Virus record (IMG/VR): IMGVR_UViG_3300023179_000089
Location: 8,563-72,562 of that record
Strand: one strand, 5' to 3'
Length of the DNA: 64,000 nt
Source of the DNA: a virus
Part shown: piece by piece, positions 8,952 through 17,041 of the stretch
Position numbering within the stretch: position 1 is the stretch's first letter
How the letters are laid out: each line of letters opens with the position of its first letter
Translations under genes and position numbers: made by a program
The notes under the pieces: generated by a model
What the model saw: the letters and a program-made list of their open reading frames with translations, nothing else
Database searches by the model: none
Told to the model about the DNA's origin: nothing

Positions 8952-9027
8952 CTATTATATATACGCAACCCGATTGGTTAACTAACCGAATCAATACTTC
9001 AAATTGAAAACGTATAAAGTGTTGTAA
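8946..9027 (+). mobile_element. attC-like recombination site 2
   Basis: GTATAAC-N6-ATATACG ... CGTATAA-N3-GTTGTAA, same register as site 1. Confidence 0.5.
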
Positions 9028-9253
9028 ACGCGCGTTTATCGTCTATTTTACTAGTAACTAGCAGAAGTGTCGACGCGTAAATGGATGAATATATACTATT
9101 ACTCTTATTACTTTGGCAGAATAGTATCGGTGTAGTACGGTAGGTGTACGTAGGTGTAGAACGGGTAGGATGGATAGGCTAGAAAAGACCCGTTCATACA
9201 CCGCCTCGAGAAAGTTTTTTGCATATAGACCAGACGCCGCGAAAGATTTATCA

Positions 9254-9359
9254 ATTGCTACTCAATAGGTTACGTAACCAATTAATTGTCAATGCATTAG
9301 ATCGATCGATCGATTTGGTTCTTCAACGCAAATCACTTATCTTTATGTATAGTAATTAA
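9254..9359 (+). promoter_or_regulatory. composite early promoter copy 2
   Basis: GGTTACGTAACC palindrome, TTTG, CACTTATCTTTATGTATAGTAATTAA. Confidence 0.75.
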
Positions 9360-9366
9360 TTAAAAA

Positions 9367-9525
9367 ATGACTCGTAAATTGAATTCAGTAGAGCAAGTGT
9401 TATTTAAAGCCACTTACAACTTTCATCGCGAATTAGGTGACTCGGATCAAATAGCTCTGGAAAAAGCTCATCTTAAAATTGCTTCAAAGCGTCGGTTAAG
9501 CGCAAGTTGTTCTTTTAAATATTAA
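9367..9525 (+). CDS. hypothetical protein, 52 aa
   Basis: Hand translation MTRKLNSVEQVLFKATYNFHRELG...; directly after promoter. Confidence 0.6.
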   Translation: MTRKLNSVEQVLFKATYNFHRELGDSDQIALEKAHLKIASKRRLSASCSFKY

Positions 9526-9550
9526 AAAACAATCGCAAGCTTGCGCTCTT

Positions 9551-9667
9551 GTACGTACAGAACTGAATGATTTTGTTGAGTGTAGTGTACGGCGGTGTAC
9601 GGGGAATGTACATCAATAGTATTGTCATTCAGGTCGTTCACGTACGTACAGAACTGAATGATTTTGT
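9551..9667. repeat. 26-bp perfect direct repeat pair
   Basis: GTACGTACAGAACTGAATGATTTTGT at 9551 and 9642. Confidence 0.9.
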
Positions 9668-9700
9668 GTATAGCTAGGTTGTTTCAGTAAAAACAAGCTC

Positions 9701-9806
9701 CTTGAGTATTAATAGGTTACGTAACCAATTAATTTTCAATGAAATAAATTCACCAAATTATTTGGTACATGTAGATGAATTACTTATTTTTATGTATAGT
9801 AATTAA
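9701..9806 (+). promoter_or_regulatory. composite early promoter copy 3 (upstream of RNA cluster)
   Basis: GGTTACGTAACC, ACCAAATTATTTGGT, TACTTATTTTTATGTATAGTAATTAA. Confidence 0.8.
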
Positions 9807-9837
9807 TTAATTACTAAAAGTTCATTGAAAGAAATTT

Positions 9838-9910
9838 AGTCAGGTGGCAGATTGGGATGCAGGTTGCCCGAAACGGTCGCTCTATACAGGTTCGAATCCT
9901 GTCCTGACTA
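9838..9910 (+). tRNA. tRNA-like RNA 1 (pseudo; nominal anticodon CGA)
   Basis: Acceptor AGTCAGG/CCTGACT, T-arm ACAGG-TTCGAAT-CCTGT; anticodon stem has three G.U pairs and C33. Confidence 0.55.
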
Positions 9911-9927
9911 CTAAAATAAATAAAGTT

Positions 9928-10029
9928 ATGAAAAATGAAAAATGGTGGAATGGTTTCCTATTAGGACTTTTTATCGGGGGTATACTTGGTATAGTTATAC
10001 TTGATTTAGTTCAAAGAGGAATACTATAA
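9928..10029 (+). CDS. small single-TM protein, 33 aa
   Basis: MKNEKWWNGFLLGLFIGGILGIVILDLVQRGIL; true start downstream of tRNA-like 1. Confidence 0.55.
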   Translation: MKNEKWWNGFLLGLFIGGILGIVILDLVQRGIL

Positions 10030-10033
10030 ATTT

Positions 10034-10139
10034 AGTCAGGTGGCGGAATGGTAGACGCTCATAGTCGGATTGAATGAATTGGGGGACGATCCTCCAACCA
10101 CGGAGTGCCCAAATACAGGTTCGAATCCTGTCCTGACTA
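10034..10139 (+). ncRNA. tRNA-like RNA 2 with expanded central domain
   Basis: Same acceptor/T-arm, Leu-type D-arm GCGGAATGGTAGACGC, no canonical 7-nt anticodon loop. Confidence 0.65.
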
Positions 10140-10140
10140 C

Positions 10141-10432
10141 AATGAGTAAGAGATACTCAGCAGACTTGCCAATGTCTCATTTAAACTTGGTAGGGTATTG
10201 GACTGGACATCCTTAAACGCCAGTCTCAGTGGGAATAAAGGCAGGTAGCAGAGCCTCCCAGTAGCTTGACTAATTTTATGAGGGATGCCTCGCAGGTTTA
10301 TTGAAAGCAAGAAAACCGAAATAACTACTCACCAGTAATCTCAAGGTGGGGTCTGTAATGATAAAAAACAAAGGGCAGGGCGCAAAGACACTGAACAACG
10401 GGAGAGGCTGAGGAACTTCCATTATCATTACA
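10141..10432 (+). ncRNA. candidate structured ncRNA
   Basis: GC-elevated, no ORF in the track, consecutive stems e.g. TGAGTA/TACTCA, GACTGG/CCAGTC, TGGGA/TCCCA, CTCACC/GGTGGG, TGTAATGATAA/TTATCATTACA. Confidence 0.55.
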
Positions 10433-10435
10433 AAT

Positions 10436-10552
10436 AGTCAGGTGGCGGAATTTGGTTAGACGTACAGTACTTAACCTTGCAACACAGGTAACTCTGTTTA
10501 GTTGATTTGCTCACGGTACTGGGATATACAGGTTCGAATCCTGTCCTGACTA
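10436..10552 (+). ncRNA. tRNA-like RNA 3 with extended anticodon arm
   Basis: Same acceptor/T-arm; CAGTAC/GTACTG stem enclosing about 45 nt. Confidence 0.65.
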
Positions 10553-10589
10553 CAAATAACAAAATAATAGAAATAAAACTAAATTAAGC

Positions 10590-10793
10590 ATGACTAACAA
10601 AGTAGAAATAAAATCAATTATTCAAGACCTTAACCTTATGAATGAAGGAGTAGGTGTTGACGGTGAAACAATGCAGTATATTTTACAGCAAGTGGGAATG
10701 GAATGGCAAATGCTTCGACAGTTAATGTTAACAATGCCACCGCAGCAAGTACAGTATTTACTGCAAGAGCGTGAAGAGTTACAAATATTATAA
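10590..10793 (+). CDS. hypothetical protein
   Basis: 67-aa ORF with A-rich leader. Confidence 0.65.
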   Translation: MTNKVEIKSIIQDLNLMNEGVGVDGETMQYILQQVGMEWQMLRQLMLTMPPQQVQYLLQEREELQIL

Positions 10794-10845
10794 TCTAAAA
10801 TTACAAAAACACATAATCCTGACTGCTAAATTAAATAACATACAC

Positions 10846-11085
10846 GTGCGTATTCAAGATTTAAAATCTAAGCTTAGATTATCCAGACTGTTACTAAAAA
10901 CCGTTTCTTACAGAATACTCGCTACTGCTACGACTGTGGCAATTGCTTATTACTTAGGAATGTCTCTTCAAATTTCTTCTTTACTAGGCCTCAGTGAGCT
11001 AATTGTAAAACCAATTCTTTATTTTCTACATGAATTGTGTTGGCTACCTTACTTGTCAAGCTTGAAGATTCAATCGAACAGTTAG
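10846..11085 (+). CDS. DUF2061-like membrane protein
   Basis: LLKTVSYRILAT...KPILYFLHELCW; start uncertain (GTG 10846 or 10771). Confidence 0.6.
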   Translation: MRIQDLKSKLRLSRLLLKTVSYRILATATTVAIAYYLGMSLQISSLLGLSELIVKPILYFLHELCWLPYLSSLKIQSNS

Positions 11086-11260
11086 TGTACACGTACGTAC
11101 TGCATTGATACTCAATCAGAAATAATTTTACTGTACGTGCGTACTGTATTCATTTAATTCTTATCTTTATACTGTTCGATAATTGGGACTATCCCGGAGC
11201 CAACAAAAAAGAGCCCGGTAGGAGTAAGGCGCCAACAGATTTTTTTAAAAAAAATAATCT

Positions 11261-11365
11261 ATTGATACTCAATAGGTTACGTAACGCATTGATAGACATG
11301 GTAATAAATTTACCAAATGATTTGGTTCGATTGTATTTTTACTTATCTTTATGTATAGTAATTAA
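11261..11365 (+). promoter_or_regulatory. composite early promoter copy 4
   Basis: ATTGATACTCAATAGGTTACGTAACGCATTGATA ... TACTTATCTTTATGTATAGTAATTAA. Confidence 0.8.
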
Positions 11366-11372
11366 TTAAAAA

Positions 11373-12200
11373 ATGAAAGCAGAAACCAAAACCCTAAAAG
11401 TTCGTAAAACTCGTAAAGCTCGTAAAACTCGTAAACCGCGTACTCCGAGAGCAATGCAAGTTGCATTTAATCCTGATATTGTAAAATTAATTAGAGGTCA
11501 GGAATTAGACTTTTCAGACGCCGCTTTAGACCCTATGCCTACCGGAAAAGAGATTGACATTTTATTGTCGACTGAAGGAGGATTAATGCCTGGAACCAAC
11601 TTAATGCTTTGTGGTGGACCTGGATCGGGTAAGACAACTATCGCGTTAGACATATTATCTAACTTAACTAAATCAGGTTATAAGTGTTTATTCGTGTCAG
11701 CTGAAATGGATGAAATACAGCATTATAAGTATTGTAAACGTATGCCACATATAGGTTGTGTGCAGACATTGTTTTTGAAAAATTATGCAGAAAACCCGCA
11801 ACCGGTATTAGAATATGTATTCAATCAAGGTTATGATGTTGTATGTATAGACTCCTTTGCAGAAGTAATAGAATTGCTCCGCGACGCTTATAAATACTCT
11901 GAAGCGACAGCTGAAACTTGGTTATTGCATATTCAGGATAGAATGAAAAAAGGTGATAATCCTAACAAGTATTTTACGACATTTATTAATATTCAGCAAG
12001 TAACTAAAGGAGGTGACTTTGTGGGATCAAATCGTATTAAGCATATGACAGACGCTATGGGACATGTAGAAAGAAGTAAAGATGGAATGGAAAGAAGTAT
12101 ATACTTTTCCAAGCATAGAGATTGTGATAAAGATTATAAATTGCTTTTCGCAATAGGATCTGAAGGAGTTCATTATAGTTATGAGCCTGTTAAAGACTAA
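11373..12200 (+). CDS. RadA/Sms-like RecA-family ATPase
   Basis: Walker A GGPGSGKT, FVSAEM, Walker B VCIDS, QVTKGGDFVGSNRIKHMTD. Confidence 0.8.
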   Translation: MKAETKTLKVRKTRKARKTRKPRTPRAMQVAFNPDIVKLIRGQELDFSDAALDPMPTGKEIDILLSTEGGLMPGTNLMLCGGPGSGKTTIALDILSNLTKSGYKCLFVSAEMDEIQHYKYCKRMPHIGCVQTLFLKNYAENPQPVLEYVFNQGYDVVCIDSFAEVIELLRDAYKYSEATAETWLLHIQDRMKKGDNPNKYFTTFINIQQVTKGGDFVGSNRIKHMTDAMGHVERSKDGMERSIYFSKHRDCDKDYKLLFAIGSEGVHYSYEPVKD

Positions 12201-12203
12201 TGC

Positions 12204-12282
12204 ATTGAGTATCAATGTAATTAATTTACCTAAATATTTGGTAGTTTAAAACGATATACTTATCTTTATGTATAGTAATTAA
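12204..12282 (+). promoter_or_regulatory. composite early promoter copy 5
   Basis: ATTGAGTATCAAT, TTTGG, TACTTATCTTTATGTATAGTAATTAA. Confidence 0.8.
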
Positions 12283-12293
12283 TTAATCAATAA

Positions 12294-13025
12294 ATGAAAA
12301 ACCACTTAAAACTTTATCAGATCCCTGACAGTTTAGACGCTGCGCAAGCTTTTGCAAAAACAATCTCTGGAAAATACATTCATCCATCTTTACGCAATGC
12401 AAATTACATTCCTAGTATTCAACCTGTCGAAGAATTTCGCAAATTAGGATGGCAAATTACCGGTGTAAGAGATTGGAATACAAATGGAAAACCTTTAGAG
12501 AATTCAGTTCAAATGACGCATCCTGACTTCGCAGATTCAGAATCTAAATTAAATTTATTAATTAATAATTCTGCGAATGGAAATTGGCCAATGACAATGT
12601 CGCTAGGACTTTATCGAAAAGTATGCAGTAATGGATTAGTTGCATTTCGCGAAAATGCGACAGCTGTGATTCAACATAAAGCAGGTGTAGATCTTCAATC
12701 TTATATTGATGTACTTAATTCGCAAGCCGCGGAAATACATAAAGACTTTGCGCGAATGAAAGACGTCGTGTTGTCGACAGCTCAAATTGAAGAATTTGCG
12801 AAAGCAGCTATTGCAAAACGTTATCAACTTTCTTTAGAAGAAGAATCGAAAATAGATGTCACTCCATTTTTAACGATTAGAAGAGAAGAAGACGCGGGGC
12901 AGGATTTATGGAAAGTATTCAATAGACTGCAAGAAAATCTTTCTTTAGATTTTACAGATGCAAAACAATATGTAGCATTTAATCGAGAAATTTCTTCTAT
13001 GGCTTCGACTTTAGTAACTGCATAA
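12294..13025 (+). CDS. DUF932/DUF945-family protein
   Basis: LLINNSANG..MSLGLYRKVCSNGLV, RREED..DLWKVFNRLQENL. Confidence 0.75.
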   Translation: MKNHLKLYQIPDSLDAAQAFAKTISGKYIHPSLRNANYIPSIQPVEEFRKLGWQITGVRDWNTNGKPLENSVQMTHPDFADSESKLNLLINNSANGNWPMTMSLGLYRKVCSNGLVAFRENATAVIQHKAGVDLQSYIDVLNSQAAEIHKDFARMKDVVLSTAQIEEFAKAAIAKRYQLSLEEESKIDVTPFLTIRREEDAGQDLWKVFNRLQENLSLDFTDAKQYVAFNREISSMASTLVTA

Positions 13026-13038
13026 TCAATATATATAC

Positions 13039-13173
13039 ATGAACTCAAAACCTACCCTGACCTGGAATCAATTCACTCAACGTGTTGAAGAGATAGCGCG
13101 ACAGTATGAATCGAAATCAATAGCTATTCGATTAGCAGTAGATAAAATGGCAGAGTGTCGAAAATGGTCGTAA
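13039..13173 (+). CDS. hypothetical protein, 44 aa
   Basis: Hand translation MNSKPTLTWNQFTQRVEEIARQY... Confidence 0.45.
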   Translation: MNSKPTLTWNQFTQRVEEIARQYESKSIAIRLAVDKMAECRKWS

Positions 13174-13176
13174 TTT

Positions 13177-13540
13177 CTAGGGTTTATTATTAAGTAAATC
13201 TAGGGTGATACGAGAGTACACCTAGGGTTTTTTCCGTATAGATCTAGGGTTTACATGCTAATACACTAGCAGAAACCCTAGATATTGGCCGGAAATCAAG
13301 GGTGAAAATCAAGGGTGAATTTCCATGAAAACCAAGCGAACAAATCGGCGAGCGGGCGTGCATAATTGATTTTTATTGAGACAATAAGTTTTTTCATATA
13401 GACCTTGGTCGCAATGGTTAAGGTACCCTTACCACCCTCAACCGATACTATCAATACATTAACCGATACTATCCACCCTCAACCGATAATTTATCGATAC
13501 TATCCACCCTCAACCGATCCGTATCCGATCCGGGCCCGAT
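13177..13540. repeat. non-coding iteron-like repeat locus
   Basis: 4x CTAGGGT, 2x AAATCAAGGGTGA, then 3x CCACCCTCAACCGAT (13432, 13473, 13504) and 3x CGATACTATC. Confidence 0.8.
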
Positions 13541-13584
13541 AAAAACCAATACCTTTAAACACGTAATCATCAGACTCTATTAAA

Positions 13585-13827
13585 TTGAAACCAATACACG
13601 CAATCCATCAAATCTATCGTCAATTTACAAGCGCAACACGCATTGCACTATTCAGTTGTGTATTCCATTGCTCGTGTATGCCAGTACGCACTACACACTG
13701 CATTTCCGTGCAGCACGTAGATTCCAATTGGCAATCTGTATGGGTTGAAGAGCGTGATACCATTGTACGCATCGATTCCATACCACTCTTCACCGTCGGA
13801 GATTCCGTGCAATACACGCGCTTTTAA
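13585..13827 (+). CDS. hypothetical protein
   Basis: ORF ends just before promoter copy 6; start uncertain. Confidence 0.35.
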   Translation: MKPIHAIHQIYRQFTSATRIALFSCVFHCSCMPVRTTHCISVQHVDSNWQSVWVEERDTIVRIDSIPLFTVGDSVQYTRF

Positions 13828-13831
13828 TTTC

Positions 13832-13936
13832 ATTGAATTTCAATCGGTTACGTAACCTATTGAGTATCAATGGAATTAATTCACCAAATGATTTGGTAAA
13901 TTGCTCTTAATTTCATATTTTTATGTATAATAATTA
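13832..13936 (+). promoter_or_regulatory. composite early promoter copy 6
   Basis: ATTGAATTTCAATCGGTTACGTAACCTATTGAGTATCAAT near-perfect palindrome; ACCAAATGATTTGGT; TATTTTTATGTATA. Confidence 0.8.
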
Positions 13937-13947
13937 AATAATTGAAA

Positions 13948-14160
13948 ATGAGAAAATTTGAATCCCACTCCAAACCTATTCGCAGTAAATGCAGCGAGCA
14001 AGAATTTGCGACCGTAGCCGCGCGCGATACCAATGCATATCGATCCGTTTACAAGCGTCAGCCATTGGCGACCATTTCGAAATACCAGATGATTCAAGGT
14101 GTGCCGCATAAATTGGTTGCGGGTCAATTTCAACCGTTAACTAGTAAATTGGTAAAATAA
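13948..14160 (+). CDS. hypothetical protein
   Basis: After promoter copy 6. Confidence 0.6.
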   Translation: MRKFESHSKPIRSKCSEQEFATVAARDTNAYRSVYKRQPLATISKYQMIQGVPHKLVAGQFQPLTSKLVK

Positions 14161-14162
14161 TC

Positions 14163-14393
14163 ATGAGTAGCGTAACAAATTCACAAGATCCGATCAATCC
14201 AAATTCTAAAGGGTGGAATGTATTTACTGTATTGTTTTTGATTTTTCTAACTCTTAAGTTAGGAGAGTTCGGAGTAGTGCGAGAATGGAGCTGGTGGATG
14301 GTTACTAGTCCTCTATGGGGGCCGGTGGTTGTAATAGGGATGATTTTGCTACTTGCTTTAATTGCGAAATGTATTGATGATTTATTAAAATAA
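14163..14393 (+). CDS. 2-TM membrane protein
   Basis: LIFLTLKL..WSWWMVTSPLW pattern typical of small phage membrane proteins. Confidence 0.7.
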   Translation: MSSVTNSQDPINPNSKGWNVFTVLFLIFLTLKLGEFGVVREWSWWMVTSPLWGPVVVIGMILLLALIAKCIDDLLK

Positions 14394-14408
14394 TAATTGT
14401 AATTGAAA

Positions 14409-14663
14409 ATGAAAAAAATTAAAACGTTTTCTGTAGATCATTTGTTAGGAATGCGTATGAGCTCGGATCGGCCGATGACAGTTAACTTTCGGCAAGGAAA
14501 GAAAAATCAAATAACGTGTAGCGAAGTGCAAGTGCTTGAAGCGAATTGCACAGGACGAAGACTTACGTTGCAGTTCGCAAATGCAAATCGAGAAGTACTT
14601 CGACGTCGAGTGTATTTCGAGCATTTCGAGAAAATAGCTGAAACGTTCGGAGTAGATATTTAA
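14409..14663 (+). CDS. hypothetical protein
   Basis: ORF in operon. Confidence 0.6.
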   Translation: MKKIKTFSVDHLLGMRMSSDRPMTVNFRQGKKNQITCSEVQVLEANCTGRRLTLQFANANREVLRRRVYFEHFEKIAETFGVDI

Positions 14664-14705
14664 TTTTTAAGATTTGCGATTTATTTACTTAAATATACTC
14701 AACTC

Positions 14706-15089
14706 ATGATAAGAATAAACAACATAGAATTTAAAAAATACAATTCTAATAAAACAAAAAAACCTTTGTATGAAATAATTAAATGGGAACCTAATCCTTA
14801 TTACGGTAAAAAACTAGAATATTTTAAAGAAGGTTATAAAGTAAATCATGAAGGATGGGGTTTAACAAAAAATGGTCATACTATTGATATGGAATTTTTT
14901 AATACTCGCGAAACTTGTTTTGTTATAGCTTTTATAGAAAAAGAAAGTGAAAGTTGGGAACTTAGAAGTGTTGGAGAAAGACTATTAGATTTAACACCTG
15001 AAGAATGGAATGATTTTTATCAAGTTTATAGATTAGGACAAGCTAAATTAAATAAAAATGCAAAAATTGTCATTTCTAAAAGCATTTAA
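14706..15089 (+). CDS. hypothetical protein
   Basis: 127-aa ORF. Confidence 0.7.
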   Translation: MIRINNIEFKKYNSNKTKKPLYEIIKWEPNPYYGKKLEYFKEGYKVNHEGWGLTKNGHTIDMEFFNTRETCFVIAFIEKESESWELRSVGERLLDLTPEEWNDFYQVYRLGQAKLNKNAKIVISKSI

Positions 15090-15642
15090 TTCACCATTCA
15101 AGCGACCTAAACTTAAATGGTATTGTGGTAAAACAGCCATAGGTACTCCTTATTTCTATCCTAGAAAATGGGTAAAAGGTACACCAAAATTAATTCATGA
15201 AGCTGTATTAAAACATATACAAAAAGAAGAAAACTATAATAAACTTAACCCAAATTATGCTCGTAAAATAAAATCTTATGATGAACTTTATGAAGAAAAG
15301 AAAAATTATCTTTATGCAGTTCCTAAAAAGATAGGATTTGATTTTGTTGGCTTAGGTTGGAAAACAAAATGGTCAGAAACTGATTATAGATTTGAATGGT
15401 CTCCAATGTTTTCATTTGTATTTTTTGGTTATCAAATAGCTGTAATGTTTATTGTACCTGATCAATCTCATTATTGGGAAGCTTGGTTATATTATGAACT
15501 TAATACAGATAAAACTAAGTCTAAAAAAGAAAGAATTGAACAATGTAAAAAAGAATTTTCTTTAAATTGTACAGTTTATTCTCAAAAAGTAGAAACTAAA
15601 GTAAATTATTATGACACAGTACTAAAAGCTAAGTATATATGA
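15058..15642 (+). CDS. hypothetical protein, paralog of 17762-18358
   Basis: Shared GKTAIGTPYF, KIGFDFV.LGWKTKW..TDYRFEW, SHYWEAWLYY. Confidence 0.8.
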   Translation: MQKLSFLKAFNSPFKRPKLKWYCGKTAIGTPYFYPRKWVKGTPKLIHEAVLKHIQKEENYNKLNPNYARKIKSYDELYEEKKNYLYAVPKKIGFDFVGLGWKTKWSETDYRFEWSPMFSFVFFGYQIAVMFIVPDQSHYWEAWLYYELNTDKTKSKKERIEQCKKEFSLNCTVYSQKVETKVNYYDTVLKAKYI

Positions 15643-15956
15643 AACTAATTAAAATTAACACAGACCACTATGTAGTAGTAGATGATTCAGAGATTAAAAA
15701 AGGGGATTGGACTTATCATCATGTTAAAGGTATATACAAAGCGGTTACAGATGATGCATATACCAATCAAAAGAAAATCACCCACTCAACACAACCACTT
15801 GAATATACAAATGAAGACCATTTACATTGGGATAAAATTAAACATATATCTCTCCAAGAAGTAAAAGAACTAATTGGTGAGAAAAGTTGGAAAGGTTATA
15901 TTGATGGTACAGAGTGGGAAGTAGAAATAGTAGATGGTAAACTTAAATTAAAATAA
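15639..15956 (+). CDS. hypothetical protein
   Basis: Overlapping start/stop; KKITHSTQPLE. Confidence 0.7.
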   Translation: MKLIKINTDHYVVVDDSEIKKGDWTYHHVKGIYKAVTDDAYTNQKKITHSTQPLEYTNEDHLHWDKIKHISLQEVKELIGEKSWKGYIDGTEWEVEIVDGKLKLK

Positions 15957-15957
15957 C

Positions 15958-16200
15958 ATGGAAGACGAATTTATAATTATCAACAAGACAGCTATTCAAC
16001 AAAAAATAGAAGAGTTACATAAACTTTGTGTTGAAGGTGAATATCCTTTATCAGCTTTTAATGTAGATTTAGAACACCTTCTATCCCAATCAGTTCCTTT
16101 AATTCCTGAAATTGAAAAGGCTTTTGGTGCTGGATGCAGATGTAAAGATTGGATAGATGGTAGGCAAAACTACATCTCAAACTTAAAACTTGATATATGA
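15958..16200 (+). CDS. hypothetical protein
   Basis: ORF in operon. Confidence 0.65.
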   Translation: MEDEFIIINKTAIQQKIEELHKLCVEGEYPLSAFNVDLEHLLSQSVPLIPEIEKAFGAGCRCKDWIDGRQNYISNLKLDI

Positions 16201-16586
16201 ACACACTAGTAAAATTTGAATTAGCTAAGTTGCTAAAAGAAAAAAGGTTTGATAAACCAATTAATTCATTTTATACTGATACAGGTAAATTATGGAAACA
16301 AAGAAAACAAATACCCACTGCTAATTACAATGCTTATCCTAAAAATCCTAATTCAAAGTTATTTTACAAGTATGGCTACTCTGCACCAACTATTGCAAAG
16401 GTTGTTATGTGGTTATATGAGAAACATGGGATTTGGATTGCAGTTACTCAAGAATTAGGTTATACTACTACATTTTGTTACCAAATAATGGGAGAACATA
16501 TATCAGCTACTTATAAACCATATTTTAAAACACCAACAAAAGCTTATGAAGCTGCTATTGAATTCACACTTGAAAATTTAATTTAA
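16197..16586 (+). CDS. hypothetical phage protein (FELAKLLKEK..APT..WLYEKH type)
   Basis: Motif pattern related to next gene. Confidence 0.7.
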   Translation: MNTLVKFELAKLLKEKRFDKPINSFYTDTGKLWKQRKQIPTANYNAYPKNPNSKLFYKYGYSAPTIAKVVMWLYEKHGIWIAVTQELGYTTTFCYQIMGEHISATYKPYFKTPTKAYEAAIEFTLENLI

Positions 16587-16954
16587 TGGAAAAAGAATTT
16601 ATCCCTTACGAACAAGCATTAGCTTTGAAAGAACTTGGATTTGATGAACCTTGTTTTGGGTATCACAATATAGACCCCTATTTAAAAATTCCTGCATTTA
16701 ACTTGGTTAAACCTTTTGAGCATGAATGGTGTTTACCAGCACCACTCAAACAACAAGTGTTTAGATGGTTTAGAGAGAAACATGGGTATTATATCTCTGT
16801 TTTTAGAACTCATGATAATAATTGGGGAGTTGATTTATGGTTATTAGGGGTACATAAACCAAAAGCTACAATTTTTGGAGAAACCTACGAAGAAGCAGAA
16901 AATGCTTGTCTAAATAAATTAATTGAATTGACTACTAATAGGTTACGTAACTAA
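16586..16954 (+). CDS. hypothetical phage protein (YEQALALKELGFDEPC type)
   Basis: APLKQQVFRWFREKH, TYEEAENACL. Confidence 0.7.
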   Translation: MEKEFIPYEQALALKELGFDEPCFGYHNIDPYLKIPAFNLVKPFEHEWCLPAPLKQQVFRWFREKHGYYISVFRTHDNNWGVDLWLLGVHKPKATIFGETYEEAENACLNKLIELTTNRLRN

Positions 16955-17032
16955 TTGATTTTTAATAGAAATAACTTACCAAATTATTTGTTTCATTGAA
17001 ATTGATTACTTATTTTTATGTATAGTAATTAA
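16927..17032 (+). promoter_or_regulatory. composite early promoter copy 7
   Basis: GGTTACGTAACTAATTGATT ... TACTTATTTTTATGTATAGTAATTAA. Confidence 0.8.
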
Positions 17033-17041
17033 ATAATAAAA

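Noticed and set aside
9551-9667. 26-bp direct repeat as a mini CRISPR array
   Set aside because: Only two copies, a 65-nt low-complexity spacer, and no cas genes in the window.
9844-10029. 61-aa ORF from the track starting at GTG 9844
   Set aside because: The first half runs through tRNA-like element 1; ATG 9928 with an A-rich leader is the credible start.
10370-10420. Resemblance to RNase P RNA (AGGGCAGGG, GAGGAA..TCC) or c-di-GMP-I riboswitch (GGGCGCAAAG)
   Set aside because: The RNase P-like words are in the wrong order and the riboswitch P2/GNRA elements are missing; too short to call.
13832-13872. GTTACGTAAC palindromes as invertible-promoter repeats or dif sites
   Set aside because: All promoter cores point the same way, no recombinase is in the window, and there is no XerC/XerD arm-spacer layout; IHF-like boxes explain them better.
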